A stretch of DNA of 64,000 nt. Origin: Mobula hypostoma. Lineage: Eukaryota. Below the pieces are notes generated by a model. It did not search any database. It had not been told where the DNA came from and saw nothing but the letters and a program-made list of their open reading frames with translations. Within the stretch, counting starts at the first letter, position 1. Each line of letters begins with the position of its first letter. The stretch is taken from contig NC_086098.1 in assembly GCF_963921235.1 (NCBI RefSeq), positions 4,030,001 through 4,094,000 of the forward strand, read 5' to 3'. Shown here piece after piece: positions 1 to 12,124 of this stretch. The translations under genes were made by a program, and so were the position numbers.

Positions 1-897
1 CCTCAGCCATCTAAATATCAACTCTGCACCACAAACAGCTCAGCTGCCTCTCTAGCCAAAAGATGTAGGCAGAAAGCTTCTTCCCCTTCTGCTGACACAT
101 GTTCTGAAACCCGTCATCTGCTCCATTGGGCTTCCTGTCACACCAGACACCTTCTCTAGTGCTTGCATGTAGGCCGCAGAAGTGGTAAGGGGTTTCTGTG
201 CCTTTACGGCTCTCAGTACGTCAGCAGCCCGCCCACTCAAACTCTCAACCAGTCACTGCTGTCTTACATCATCAGAGCACTGCCACTCAACTAACAACTG
301 AGAGCTCTGCTCTGACCAGCTCTCAGACTCCTCCTCCCCTTTAGGGGTGGGCTTCATTCCTGAGAACAGGCGGAGCCAGCGATAGCTGGGACTTCCAATC
401 TGGGCATTTTTCCATTTATCCACCAGAGAGGTAAGTGTGGATACTAACTCAGGATTCTGATTCTTCACTGGGCGACAGGGTCTCATTAGACATTCCAAAT
501 CAGACCACTCCTTCCCCTCGCTAAGCAGAAACGAGAGAACCCTGTCTTGGACGTCTCCGCCCCTAGCTACGGGAGACTCGACTTGCGATTTGGCCCGCTC
601 TCCTACACTCTCCTTCCCCTGGAAAGTATGGACTGTCCACGGCCCCCCACCTCTCCTGGGGCCACAATAGTACCAGGCAGTTCCACTGCTATTACATCAG
701 CATTAGTCTGGATTAAAACAAAGCCTGTGCCCACCATTTTATCACATCTCCACCCCACAATCGAAACTTTGTCTACAGCTTTAACAGTACTTCAAAGTTG
801 AATTAACAATTCATCAGGAGTATGAATATCTACCACACTCAACTCGCACGGGTAATCCCGTGGATGCACACCACCGCTCAAACCTGGTAGCATCCAT
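1..897 (-). mobile_element. Decayed Ty3/Gypsy gag of PNMA/Ma-antigen type (continues off window start)
   Basis: Minus-strand translation MDATRFERWCAST...PDELLIQL*STVKAV...YRWLRLFSGMKPTPKGEEESESWSEQSSQLLVEWQCSDDVRQQ*LVESLSGRAADVLRAVKAQKPLTT resembles the PNMA capsid motif (LRxFSG..P..GEE.FE.W.EQ...W......RL.ESL.G.A). It contains stops and frameshifts. Confidence 0.85.
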
Positions 898-1022
898 ACC
901 CTCATATCGTATTCGCTTTACCGGACAATAGCTTAGCACAGACTTAAACATACAACCCACTGGTTCAGTGCTTAGGGCAATAAAACAGCATCCAATGAAA
1001 TCGATCCCAATTGTAAGCCTCA

Positions 1023-1588
1023 TGTTGTGTCGTCTGCGTATGTCTAGGGAAGACAATCTCTGACCCCACTGAACGTGTGAGATTGAGGTGCAAAACCTCC
1101 TGTTTGTGTCGATGCTGCGTGATGTGTCACTCTGTTACAAATCAGTACCTCAAAATAACAGACAGTACACCATATGCAATTAAATTATTTAGCTTTATAA
1201 TGTTTAATTTGACTAAAAGATTAGTAAAGAAAAATAGAAAGAAAAGGACCCATTTTACTGAAACAGTCTAACGTGCAAAAGTTGGAGCTCATGGTTTCCC
1301 TTCCGCTGGTCCTCCATTGATTTCCCTGGGCTTCATCAACTCCCAGCCCCACTCCAAGTCCACTCCTCTCTGGTGTCTACCACCGCTCCTTTCTGGCATC
1401 TTCTCTCCCCAGCTTCTGCCAAATAAAAGACCCAGATCACCTCCGTCTCCGGCACACAACAAGAAAAACCATTCCCTTCATTGGATGGCTCACATTCCAA
1501 AGCCCCCGTTATCTCTAGCCATAACCCAAACATTGCTGCTTCAGAAAGACCATTACATTAGCAGTGAAACCTTTCCCAGGGTGTTACA
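1023..1588 (-). mobile_element. 5' LTR of the Gypsy element
   Basis: The minus strand starts TGTAACA at 1588 where CR1 sequence resumes, and ends ...ACAACA followed by TGAGGCTTACAATTGGGAT (possible degenerate tRNA-Pro PBS) upstream of gag. The 3' boundary is uncertain. Confidence 0.6.
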
Positions 1589-2340
1589 GGCAGAAGAAAT
1601 GAAAGGATGGACTATAAATACAGAGAAAATACAGAAAATCTGAAGTGCAAAGGGTTCTCTGCAGGATTCTCTAAAGATTAACTTGCAGGTTGAGTTAGTG
1701 GTGAGGAAGGCAAATGCAACGTTAGCATTCATTTCAAGAGGACTGGAAGATAAGAGTAATGATGTAATGTTGAGACTTTATAAAGCACCGGTGAGGCCCA
1801 CTTGAAGTATTGTGAGCAGGTTTGGGCCCCTTATCTTAGAAAGGATGTGTTGATACTGGCGAGTGTTCAAACGAGGTTCATAAAACTGATTGCAGGATTG
1901 AATGACTTGTCTTATGAAGAATGTTTGATGGCTCTGGGCTTGTATTCACTAGAATTCGGAAGAATGAGGGGTGACCTCATTGAAACCTATCAAATGGTGA
2001 ATGGTCTTGATAGAGTGGATGTGGAGAGGATGTTTCCTGTGGTGGGAGAGTCTAAGACCAGAGGACTTGGCCTCAGAATAAAGGGGTGTCCTGTTACAAC
2101 AGAAATGAGGGGGAATTACTTTAGCCAGAGAGTGGTTAAAATGTGGAATTCGTTGCCACGGGCAGCTGTGAAGGCCAAGTCTTTATGTATATTTAAGGCA
2201 GAGGTTGATAGATTCTTGATTGGTCAAGGCATGAAAGGATATGGGGAGAAGGCAGGAGATTGGAGCTGCCATAATGAAATGGCAGAACAGACTTGATGGG
2301 CCAAATGGCCTAATTCTGCTCCTATATCTTATGGTTTTAT
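1589..2340 (+). mobile_element. CR1 LINE 3' fragment
   Basis: ORF 1802-2296 (YCEQVWAPYL...RMRGDLIETY...FSQRVVKMWNSLP) is the CR1 ORF2 C-terminus, followed by the 3' UTR. Confidence 0.9.
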
Positions 2341-3049
2341 GAACTCTTAGATAGACACATGTATGATAGAAATATGGCAGGGTTATGTGGGAGGGAAGGG
2401 TTAGATTGACCTTAGAGGAGATTAAAAGATCATGGGCCAGAGGGCCTGTGCTGTTCCGGACTGTTTGATGGTCTATCCATTCTAATTGTTGGCGTTTTTT
2501 CGGAACTAGTCCCTGATAACTATGTATTCTGTTTAAAAGTAAATACTTGAAATTTTATTTCATTCTGTTCCATTCGATAGATGTAATGTGGAAAGTATTC
2601 TGACAGGTTGCATCACAGCCTGGTATGGACACTTCATTAGGAATCCTCGACCTGGGAAACAGCCCAAGTTGAGCACACATTTGAAATGCCTAAACTGTAT
2701 AACTTCTTCATTCCAACTGAGTTTGTCTGGCATAAGTACACAGTTGTTTTAAGACCGCTGATACTGGGGATATTGGAGAGGCAGTGATCATTTGATCTCT
2801 TTCTCACTGTACAGTACAAAGCTCTCTCTTCTGAGCCGATGGACAACTGTCAAAGTCCTGCTCCTCTCTGCTCTTCCCAGCTGTTGCCCTTTTCAGTTTT
2901 AATTTATCCTTGTCTGTCAGATAGATTCGGGTTCAATGTCTGCCTCTTGTTTCAGAATAACCGAAATTCCATCCCCCTTTGCCTGGTAAAATACTGAAAG
3001 AGAACCTGATGGTGCTGCCTGTTTCAGTACCAGCAGGATTCAGGATTCA

Positions 3050-3586
3050 GCCAGATTTCTGAAACCAGATTTGGCCCAAGGGTCCAGCGACTGTTGGGGT
3101 AGAGAGGAGGTTCATGAGAATGGTTCTGAGAATGAAAGGATTAATGTATGCGCAACTTTTGATGCTTTTGTGCCTGTACTTGCTGAGGTTTAAAAGAATG
3201 AGGAGGATCTCATTGAAACTGATCGAATATTGCAAGGTCTAGATAGAGTGGCTGTGGAGAACATATTTCCTTTAGTGGGGGAGTTAGGACCAGAGATCAC
3301 AGTCTCCGAAGAGAAGGATGTCCATTTAGACCAAAGATGAGGAGGAACTTCAGTCGCCAGTGGGTGTTGAGTCTGTGGAATTCGCTGCCACAGGTGGCTA
3401 AGAAGCCAAGTCATTGGGTATATTTAAAGCGGAGGTCGATAGGTTTCTGATTAGTACGGATGTCAAAGTCGACGGGGAGAAAGCAGCAGGATGGGGTTGA
3501 GAAGGATAATGAATCAGTCATGATGGAATGGTAGAGCAGGCTTAATAGGCCAAATGGCCTAAATCTGCTCTTTGTCTTCTGGTTTA
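3050..3586 (+). mobile_element. CR1 LINE 3' fragment (degenerate)
   Basis: Nucleotide similarity to 1800-2340. Confidence 0.8.
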
Positions 3587-3597
3587 AACATGCAAGA

Positions 3598-3885
3598 GAG
3601 AACAATACAGCACAGTACAGGCCTTTCAGCCCACGATGTTGTGCTGGCCTTTACCTACTCCAAGATCAACCTAAACCTCCCCTCCTGCATAGCCCCCCAT
3701 TTTTCTTTTACCCATGTGCCTATCTAAGAGTCTCTTCTCTTTCTAAGATTAACATTGTCTAAAAGCCTCGACCAGCACCCCTGGCAGAGTGTTCCATGTG
3801 CCCACCACTCTCTGTGTGTAAAAAAAACTACCTCAGCTATCCCCTCCCCCATACTTTCCTCTGATCACCTTAAAATTACTCCCCT
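3598..3885 (-). mobile_element. CR1 3' end fragment
   Basis: Reverse complement of the CR1 3' UTR (GGGCTGAAAGGCCTGTACTGTGCTGTA). Confidence 0.7.
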
Positions 3886-3904
3886 TCAGAATGGTAGCAT
3901 AGTG

Positions 3905-4158
3905 GGGTGGCACGGTAGCATAGTGGTTAGCACAACGCTTTACAGTACCCGCGACCTGGGTTCAATTCCCGCCGCTGCCTGCGAGGAGTCTGTATGTTTT
4001 CCCCATGACTGCGTGGGTTTCCTCCAGGTGCTCCAGTTTCCTCCCACAATTACAGTTGGTAAGTTAATTGGTGATTGTAAATTGACCTGTGATGAGGTTA
4101 GAACGTGGGTTGCTGGCTGGCATGAAGGGCCTGTTCCATGCTGTATCTCAATAAATAA
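3905..4158 (+). mobile_element. tRNA-derived V-SINE (HE1-like)
   Basis: A box TAGCATAGTGG, B box GGTTCAATTCC, V-domain-like TGCGTGGGTTTCCTCCAGGTGCTCCAGTTTCCTCCCACA. Confidence 0.85.
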
Positions 4159-4770
4159 ACATAGAATATTACAGCACAGTACAGGTGCTGCAGCCCACAG
4201 TTTTGTGCTGAGCTTTGACCTACTCTAAGACCCATCTAGCCCTTCGTATTTTTATCATCCATTTGCCTATCCATGCCCTCAATATGCCTCTACCACCACC
4301 ACTGGCAGTGTGTTCCATACACCCAGCCCTCTTTCTGGAAAAAATCCTACCTCCGATACATCATCCCAATGCTTTCCTGTAATTGCCTCAAAATTATCCC
4401 CTCTCATATCAGCTAATTCCACCCTGGATAAAAAGTCCTGGCTGCCCCCACTATCAAGTCACATCTCGTCCTCCTTCACTCCAAAGAGAAAAGACTGAGC
4501 TCGCTCAACCTCTCCTCAGAAGATATGCTAATCCAGGCCACATCCTGGTATTTCTGCTGTGCACCCTCTCTAAAGTTTCCACATCCGTCCTATAATGAGG
4601 TGACCAGAACTGAGCACAATACTCCAAGAATGGTCTAACCAGGGTTTTTGTAGAGCTGCAACTGCACCGCACAGCTCTTAGACTCGATCCCATGGCTAAG
4701 AAGGCAGCATACGCCGCCTTAACCATCCTATCTACTTGCACAGCAACGTTGGGGGATCTGTGGACATGAA
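4159..4770 (-). mobile_element. CR1 3' fragment
   Basis: ORF 4505-4801 contains LVRPFLEYCAQFWSPHYRTDVETLERV. Confidence 0.8.
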
Positions 4771-5094
4771 CATAGCTGCACTCTTCTCCAATAAAGAGCA
4801 AAGTATGAGTGGGCTTGCACAGAACTCATACCAACAGGACTCGATTATTACCATGACAGTGTAGCCAACTGTCTTTGAGTACCACTAGCTTCCACAAAAA
4901 AGCAAAGTTTGAACAAGCTTATCTGAACTTAGAACAAAGCAGGGCAGCTTTTTGCAGACATGTACACCTCCGCGGAACAGGACAGGACAAACAAGCCCTT
5001 TGGCCCATGATGTCTGCACTAAACATAAAACCAAAATAATCTACTGTAAATCTCTTCTGAATATGATCGATAACCCTTCATACTGGTTATATAT

Positions 5095-5655
5095 TGGGGG
5101 ATGGGGTGGGTAGTGGGGATAAGCTCTCGCTACCTATTAAATGCTCCCAATGGTGTGTGTCTCAAATACCCTCTGACAACCAAGTCCAGTTCCTGGCCTT
5201 CACACGTGACTTAGTTACTAAACCCGGCAGAACCGTTTCTACCGACAGGAGAAGGGGTAAAGGTGGGTTGCTAATGCCTTAAGACTAGTCATTTCAGGTA
5301 GATGGGGCTCGTCAGCTGGGGTTGGCAGCTCATCTAGGAGAAAGAAAACTCTGATCTCAAACCTCCACTGCTTTGTGGCTCTACCCATTCATGGGAAGTC
5401 TTTGTGAGTGAACGCCAAAGGAAAAATCCGGAGCTGGATTCCCTACAGCAGTCCTACGTTGAGTTCAACACTGTCTAGCAAGTCCCGTGATGCTGCTGGT
5501 ACCAGACTGTATTAGTGTCTGCCATTCTTTGTATTCAGCATCTGCATGGAGAGGAGGAGCCTGCTAAATGGGGAGCAGCTTGCTCTCCATATTGTATTGA
5601 CCTGGCTTATGTAGACAGCTAGGACGTATCATCGACCCTGATCAATGGAGGTCTT
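5095..5655 (+). repeat. Unclassified interspersed repeat, probably RTE-related and non-autonomous
   Basis: Its 3' half (GGAGCTGG...GCAGTCCTAC..GAGTTCA...CAGCTTGCTCTCCAT) recurs at 29982-30235. The family assignment is tentative. Confidence 0.55.
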
Positions 5656-5759
5656 ACTAGCTCTTCAACCGCACTGTTCTGTTTACTAGGTCCTAACAAA
5701 TAGGTACCACGGCTGATGCCTCTACTTCAGGGTAAATAAATTTCACATGTCCCTGTCAG

Positions 5760-6200
5760 TCATTATCAATTTCTGTCGATGCACTACAGAAGGCATCCTA
5801 TTCATCATACATCATGCTTGGAATCACAACTCCTCTACCCATGACTGCTAGAAACTGCAGGGATTTGTGGACATCACAGGATCCAGCTCCCCTACATGTA
5901 CTCTGTCTATACATCGCACTGCCTCGGTAAAGCAGCCAATATAATCAAAGACCCCATGCACCCCAGACATTCTCTCTTCTCTCCTCTTCCATCTGGTAGA
6001 AGGTATAAAAGCCTGAAAGCATGTCTCGCCAGGCTTCCTTCTATCCCACCATTATAAAGCTATTAAATGATTCCCTAGTGTGATAAGATGAATTGTTGAC
6101 CTCACAATTTACCTCTTTATGACCTTTCACCATATTGTCTGCCTGCATTGCACTTTTTCTGAAACTATTACACTCCTTTCTGCATTCTGTTACTGTTTTC
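5760..6200 (+). mobile_element. Rex1/Rex-Babar LINE 3' fragment
   Basis: Encodes IIKDPMHPRHSLFSPLPSGRRYKSL, the Rex1 ORF C-terminus. Confidence 0.8.
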
Positions 6201-6344
6201 CTGAACTCCCCTTTGTCTGCATTAAGAGATCAGCACACACAGCATCCAATCCATCTACACAATACCACAAAGAGCTAGAAAGTGAATGAACAGTGGTGTT
6301 TGAAAGGTAAATGTTGGCTATGGAGCTGAACACCTTGAAGAGGA

Positions 6345-6758
6345 CTTCAACTTTATCGCTGGGTCTGGAGGCTTGCGAGCCTCAATGATCCAGACAGCTA
6401 TGTTGGCTGGGGTCAGGGCTTTATGGTTTGGCTCTTCGTAGGGTCATCCATGCCAAACAGGTCAAAGGGTAAAGGTCAGACTAAGAGTGGTCCACAGGTC
6501 CTCCAGGTTCGGGGGTTTAGCTCAGGGCTAACAACCTTGACTGTTAACAAAACTGTTACGGAAACAGCAATGAAGAATCCTTCTACATCTGAGTGCGACG
6601 GTATTCCTGAGTCTCCACACAGGACTTGTATGACTGACAGCAGTGAAAACCAAGAGGAAGCTACTGGCATTATGAAGGAAGCCCTGAACACCACCAGAGA
6701 TGGAGGTCCTTCATCACTGCCCTAAACGCCAGTGGTATGATGGGCAGTAAAGAGAGAG
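6345..6758 (+). mobile_element. Bipartite non-autonomous RTE-clade (Rex3/Expander-like) element
   Basis: RTE-type 5' UTR motif (CAATGATCC..AGCTATGTTG...GTAGGGTCATCCATGCCAAACAGGTC...CAGACTAAGAG) joined to a short RTE-like 3' end with a (GA)n tail. No RT. Confidence 0.6.
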
Positions 6759-6764
6759 AACTGG

Positions 6765-7868
6765 ACAGACAGAAACAGGCCATTCTGCCCCAGATATCCA
6801 TGTCACCAAGATGCCCATACAGTATGTTCCCATCTACCTGTGTTCAGCTAGTTACATGTACCTGTCTAGGTGCCCTTTAAAAGTTGTAATTGTACCTCCC
6901 TCTACACCTTCCCCTATAACTTATTCCATAAACCACCATATTCTGTGTGGGGAAAAAAATTTCTCTCGGGTTCCTTTTAAATCTTTCCCCTCTCACCTTA
7001 AACTTATACCCTTTACTTTTAGATTCACCTACCCTGGAAAAACAGACTGTGACCTTATCCACACCCTTCATGATTTTGTATCCCTCTTCAACATCAGCTC
7101 TTGGCCTCCTTAGCAAAATGGAAACATTCCCAGCCTATCCGTCCTCTGCTAACTCAAGCCTTTCAGTCCCGGTAACATCACAGAGTCACAGAGCACTACA
7201 GCACAGAAACAGGCCCCAGAGTCCCTCTTGTCCATGCTGAACTCTTTAGTCCCTCTAGTCCCATCGACTGTATCCCTCCATACCCCTCCCATCCGTGTAC
7301 CTGTCCAAACTTTTCTTAAATGTTGAAATCGAATACACATTCACCACTTCCACCTGCAGCTCGTTCCGCACCCTCACCAGCCTCTGAGGGAAGAAGTTTC
7401 CCCTCATGTTTCCACTAAGTATTTCACCCCTCACTCTTAACCCATGTCCTCTACTTTTAGTTTCACCTAATCTCAGTGGAAAAAGCTTGCTCGTATTTGT
7501 CCTATCTATACCCTCATAATTTTATACTCCTCTATCAAATCTCCCCTGATTCTCCTGCACTTGAGGGAAACAGTCCTAACCTATCCAACCTTTCCCTAGA
7601 ACTCAAATCCTCAAGTTCTGGCGATCAATACTCCAAATTAGGCTTCTAATGCAGCTTATACAACTTCAACATAACATCCCAACTCCTGTACTCAATACTT
7701 CGATTTATGGTCCAATATGCCAAACGCTCTCTTTATGACTCTATCTACCTTCTTTCAAAGAATTATGTCCCTGTATTCACGGATCCCTCTGTACTACCTC
7801 ATTTGTCAGTACCCTACCCTTCACTCTGTAAGACCACCCTGGTTTGCCCTCCCAAAGTGCAACACACT
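6765..7868 (-). mobile_element. Two adjacent CR1 3' fragments
   Basis: ORF 6877-7116 (YKIMKGVDKV...FKVRGERFK). A second tail starts at about 7180. Confidence 0.8.
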
Positions 7869-8367
7869 GAGAATATTTTTCTGTCCCCTCTAACTAACTT
7901 CTCCTGGGCGGTAAGGTGCTTCACAGCACAAAGAAGAGCCAGGGTTATTGAAGGGGCAGCCTTCCCACACATAAATTCCTCCTGAAGAAGTACTGATTAT
8001 GAGGTAATGTTGCAAACTGAACCAAACTGATAATTATACTGAAATTTGTATTCTAATTATACTAAGATTTGTATTCTGTGAAATTTTACCAAACAGCAGG
8101 GGGCCAAAAAATATAATTATCTGGTTGAATGACTTAAATTTGCATTTGCATTTTAACATTATCAAAAATTAGTTATCTGATTACATCTTGAAGTGTTCTT
8201 TGTTGCTCGGTAAAATTGAACACAAATGAAACACAGACTAATTCAAAAGTATTTTTTTTATATATCGACAAATTTTATTCAAAATTTAAAAAATCTTTAT
8301 AAGAATGAACTGTGCAATGATTTTTTTTATTGTTAAATTCTTAGTTAATGTTTTCAGTACTGTTGTA

Positions 8368-8762
8368 TTCATCATCATTGCTATGTGCCGTCTTGTATGA
8401 AATGGACAATTATGGTCTTTCCATGACCGTAGTTGTTGTTCATGGTCAAATTTTTCCACAGAAGTAGTTTGCCATTGCCCTCTTCTAGGCAGTGTCTTTA
8501 CAAGATGGTTGACCCCAGCCATTATCAGAGATTGCTGCCTGGTGTGCGTGATCACATAACCAGGACTTGTGATTTGCACCAGCTGCTCGTCTGACCATCC
8601 AGCATCTGCTCCCATGGCTACACGTGACCCAGGTCGGGTGGTGTGGTGCAGGAACGGAGGGGCGGGGGGTGGTGCTACACCTTGCCTGAGGCTGACCTGA
8701 AGGCTAGTGAAGGGAAGGACTGCCCTACACCTCCTTTGGTAGAGACGTACCTCGACTCCATC
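8368..8762 (-). mobile_element. RTE-tailed SINE-like element
   Basis: The minus strand has RTE-type GGCAATGGCAAACTACTTCTGTGGAAAAATTTG and ends in an (ATG)n tail. Confidence 0.55.
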
Positions 8763-9344
8763 CCAGCCTGACCAGTAGCAGAAGAACCCTATACCACGGT
8801 CCATCCACACCGAACCCTTGCGGTGACTGCACCAGGCTTCAGTGTGGCCTGGAACGTGACAACAGCAGTCCTCCACAGATATAACTGAAAAATAATTCGT
8901 AGACACAATTGGACCAAATAAATCAGGCTTTGGAAATTGTAAACAAAACAGAGCTAAAAGCACTTGACAGGCCAGTTTCCAGAGAAGGTCCCTGGACCTC
9001 AATAAGCAAGTAAGTGCAATTTATTATCAAAGTATCCTGAGAGTCATTTTCATGCAGACATTCACAGAGAAAAAAGAAACAGAATAAACTTTATGAAAAC
9101 TATACGTAAAGACTGACAAAGAACTAATGTGCAAAGGAAGATAAATAGTGCAAATAAAATTAACTCTGAGAACATGTATGTGAGGATCTTGTTTGTGGAT
9201 TTTAGCTTCACGTTCAACACTATTGTCCCAGAGTTGCTCCACTGCAAGCTACCCCAGTTAACTGTACCGACAGTATCTGTCAGTGGATTATGACAGGAAG
9301 GATGCAGTATGTAAGGCTGGGTTCCTACTTATCCAATCTATAAG

Positions 9345-9500
9345 CACAGGCTCTCCCCAGGGCTGTGTTCATTCACCCCTCATGTTCTCACTTTATGTAC
9401 CTCCATAGACAAATCTGTAAAAATCCTGAAGTTCACAGATGTCATGACTGTAGTTGGTGTCATCTCCAATAATGATGTGACCTGCTGTCATAGAGGGGTA
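9345..9500 (+). mobile_element. Rex1-type reverse transcriptase fragment
   Basis: GSPQGCVHSPLMFSLY...VKILKFTDVMTVVGVISNND is a degenerate form of GAPQGCVLSP / KFADDTTVVGLI. Confidence 0.75.
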
Positions 9501-9507
9501 TTGCAAC

Positions 9508-10140
9508 ATTAGATTAGATTATGAGGACACGCAGTCCTCTTTTATTGTCATTTAGTAATGCATGCATTAAGAAATGATACAATGTTCCTCCAGTGTGATA
9601 TCACAGAAACACAGGACAAACCAAGACTAAAAAAACTGACAAAAACCACATAACTGTAACGTATAGTTACAACAGTGCAAAGCAATACCATAATTTGATA
9701 AAGAACAGGCCATGGGCACGGTAAAAAAATAGTCTCAAAGTCTCTCGAAAGTCCCATTATCTCACGCAAACGGTAGAAAGAAGAAAAAAAAAATCTCTCC
9801 CTGCCATGAGTTTCCAGCACCGCAAACTTGCCGATGCAACATCCTGGAAGCACTCAACCACAGCCGACTCTTAAGTCTGTCCGAAAACTTCAAGCCTCCG
9901 ACCAGCCCTCCGACACTGAGCACCGAGCGCCATCTCTGCCGAGCGCTTCGACACCGACTCCGGGAACAGGCAATAGGCAAAGCCGAGGATTTGGGGCCTT
10001 CCCCTCCGGAGATTCTCGATCGCACAGTAGCAGCGACAGCAAAGCAGGCATCTCAGAAGTTTCTCCAGATGTTCCTCCGTGCTTCTCGCGTCTGTCTCCA
10101 TCAAATCAGGATTGTGCACGGCCCCTATTTAACAAATACG
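9508..10140 (-). repeat. Unclassified non-autonomous retroposon with (TCTAA)n tail
   Basis: CpG-rich body, AATAAA and a TCTAA repeat tail on the minus strand. Confidence 0.5.
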
Positions 10141-10149
10141 ATAACATTC

Positions 10150-10950
10150 CAGAGTTTAAAGAGAAGCTCCAATGAACTGCTTAGTGTGTTCATTGAAGAA
10201 AGTGCAAAGAGAGGGGTTGACCATCATCTGCAAGAAGACCGATTGGATGGTTGTTACAAAGCAGATAGAAATACAAAATTGCAAACTGAAAGTGGGCAAT
10301 GAAACAATTAATTGTTGTTGTTCAGTCGTTAAGTCAACTCCGACTCTTCGTGACTTCGTGGACTCTTGCACACCAAGCCTTCTTGTTGGAAACTGCCTCC
10401 CTAAGATCCCTCAAGGTCATACGCATTGTCTGAGTAATATTATCTGTCCATCGTAGCCTCTGTCCTCCTCTCCTTCTTTTACCTTCTGTTTTATCTAACA
10501 TGCGAGTCTTCTCCAAGGAATCCTGTCTTCTCATGATGTGGCCAAAATATTTGAGCTTTTGTCTCATAATCAAGCCTCCTAGTGAGTAGTCTGGCTGTAT
10601 TTCTTCAGGTATTGAGTTGTTGGATCTTCTTGCTGTCCAACGAACTCTTAACACTTCCCTCCAGTATCCAAGTTCAAAGGCGTCGATTCTGTTGTATCTG
10701 GCCTTACAATTAAGCAAACACAGAATTTCAATTACTTAAGGAGCATGAGAACATCTGACAATAGGGCTGATCATGAAATTAAAAGAAGGATTGGAATTGC
10801 TAAATGCACGTTTCAGCATTTAAGCAAGGTACTAAAGAATAACAGAATTTCTCTGGGTACAAAACTCAGTGTTGCAGTGCTATGATCATTCCGCACTAAT
10901 GTATGGAAGCAAATGGTGGACAATATCAAAGCTAAATGATATTTGACATT
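10150..10950 (+). mobile_element. Old RTE-clade RT fragment, split by the BovB-like insertion
   Basis: EESAKRGLTIICKKTDWMVV...KVGNETI / KQTQNFNYL...DHEIKRRIGIAK. The frame continues across the insertion. Confidence 0.75.
10312..10705 (-). mobile_element. BovB-like RTE LINE, 5'-truncated
   Basis: RIDAFELGYWREVLRVRWTARRSN...KLKYFGHIMRRQDSLEKTRMLDKTEGKRRRG...VHEVTKSRS, a (CAA)n tail, and TSD ACAATTAA at 10304-10311 and 10706-10713. Confidence 0.85.
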
Positions 10951-11988
10951 TTGCACACCACAATTTCTGAGGAAACATTTGATCGCATAGACGGAGAGAA
11001 AGTTTAAAGAAGAGAGCAGGAGCAGTCTGGACATTTCGCAGGCCACAGCTCCTGACGAGACTTTGAATTGTGCATAATTAGGCACTTGGCAGGTCCAACA
11101 GGAAGAAGTTAGCTTTAAGCAGAGCAGCCATTGTGTGAGGGCCTGTGTGTAGAGTGGGCAGTTGAGGCTTTGGCTCAACATAGGCCGTAGATGTGTATAT
11201 TCTCATTATTTATTTATTCTTTTTTTCTTATTGCACATTTAGAGCAGTGGGAACACCAGATAGGATTGTTGGATGTTCCTCTTGTGGAATGTGGGGAGGC
11301 AGGAAGACCTCCAGTGACCCTGACGACTACAATTGCAAGACGTGCATCCAGCTACAGCTATTAACAGGCTGTGTTACGGAGTTGGAGCATGAAATGGATG
11401 ACCTCTGGATCGTTTGGGAGGCTGAGTGGGTGATAGTCAGGAAATACAGGGAGCTAGTTACACCCAAGGTGCAGGACACAGGTAAATGGGTGACTGACAG
11501 GAGAATGAAAGGGGATAGGCAGCCAGCGCAGTGTACCTGTGTGGCCATTCCCCTCAAAAAGTATACTGTTTTGGATACTGTGGGGGGGGGGTGCTGCAGG
11601 GATGACTCAGCAGAGGAAAGCTGTAGTGTTCAGGTGTCTGACACTGAGTTTGTTTCAAAGGGAAGGTGTAGTGACAGGGGATTCATTGGTTAACAGAACA
11701 AGATTCCCAGATGGTTTGTTGCTGCCCAGGTGCCAGGATCAGGGACATTTCAAATTGAGTCTACAGCATTCTTAAATGGGAAGGTGAGCATCCAGAGGTC
11801 GTGGTCCACGTTGGTACCAATGACATGAGTAGGAGTGGTGACTAAGTGAGTGCAAGGTGTTAGGTGCCAAGCTGAAGGACAAGATCTTCAGGGTCATTAT
11901 CTCAGGTTTGCTACCTGTGCCGCATGCTAGTGAGGGCAGAAATAGGAAGATTATACAATTTAATATGTGGTTAAGGAGTTGGTGTAGG

Positions 11989-12124
11989 CGTGTGACGTCG
12001 GGCAGTGAAGCGCGGAAGATTTAAAAGCCTTACACAGCGGGCAGCGTAGTTTGCGGGGAGAAATTCAGAGTCCAGCAGAGGAGGACAAATGGCCTATTCC
12101 TGCACCTATTTTCTGTGTTTCTAT
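11989..12124 (+). mobile_element. About 136-bp CR1-tailed mini element
   Basis: Flanked by GTGTAGG (11982-11988 and 12125-12131). The 3' end CCTATTCCTGCACCTATTTTCT..TTTCTAT matches the young CR1 tail at 35410 and 49500. Confidence 0.7.

Noticed and set aside
8286..9002. 238-aa minus-strand ORF
   Set aside because: It runs across a SINE-like repeat and flanks, with no recognisable domain.
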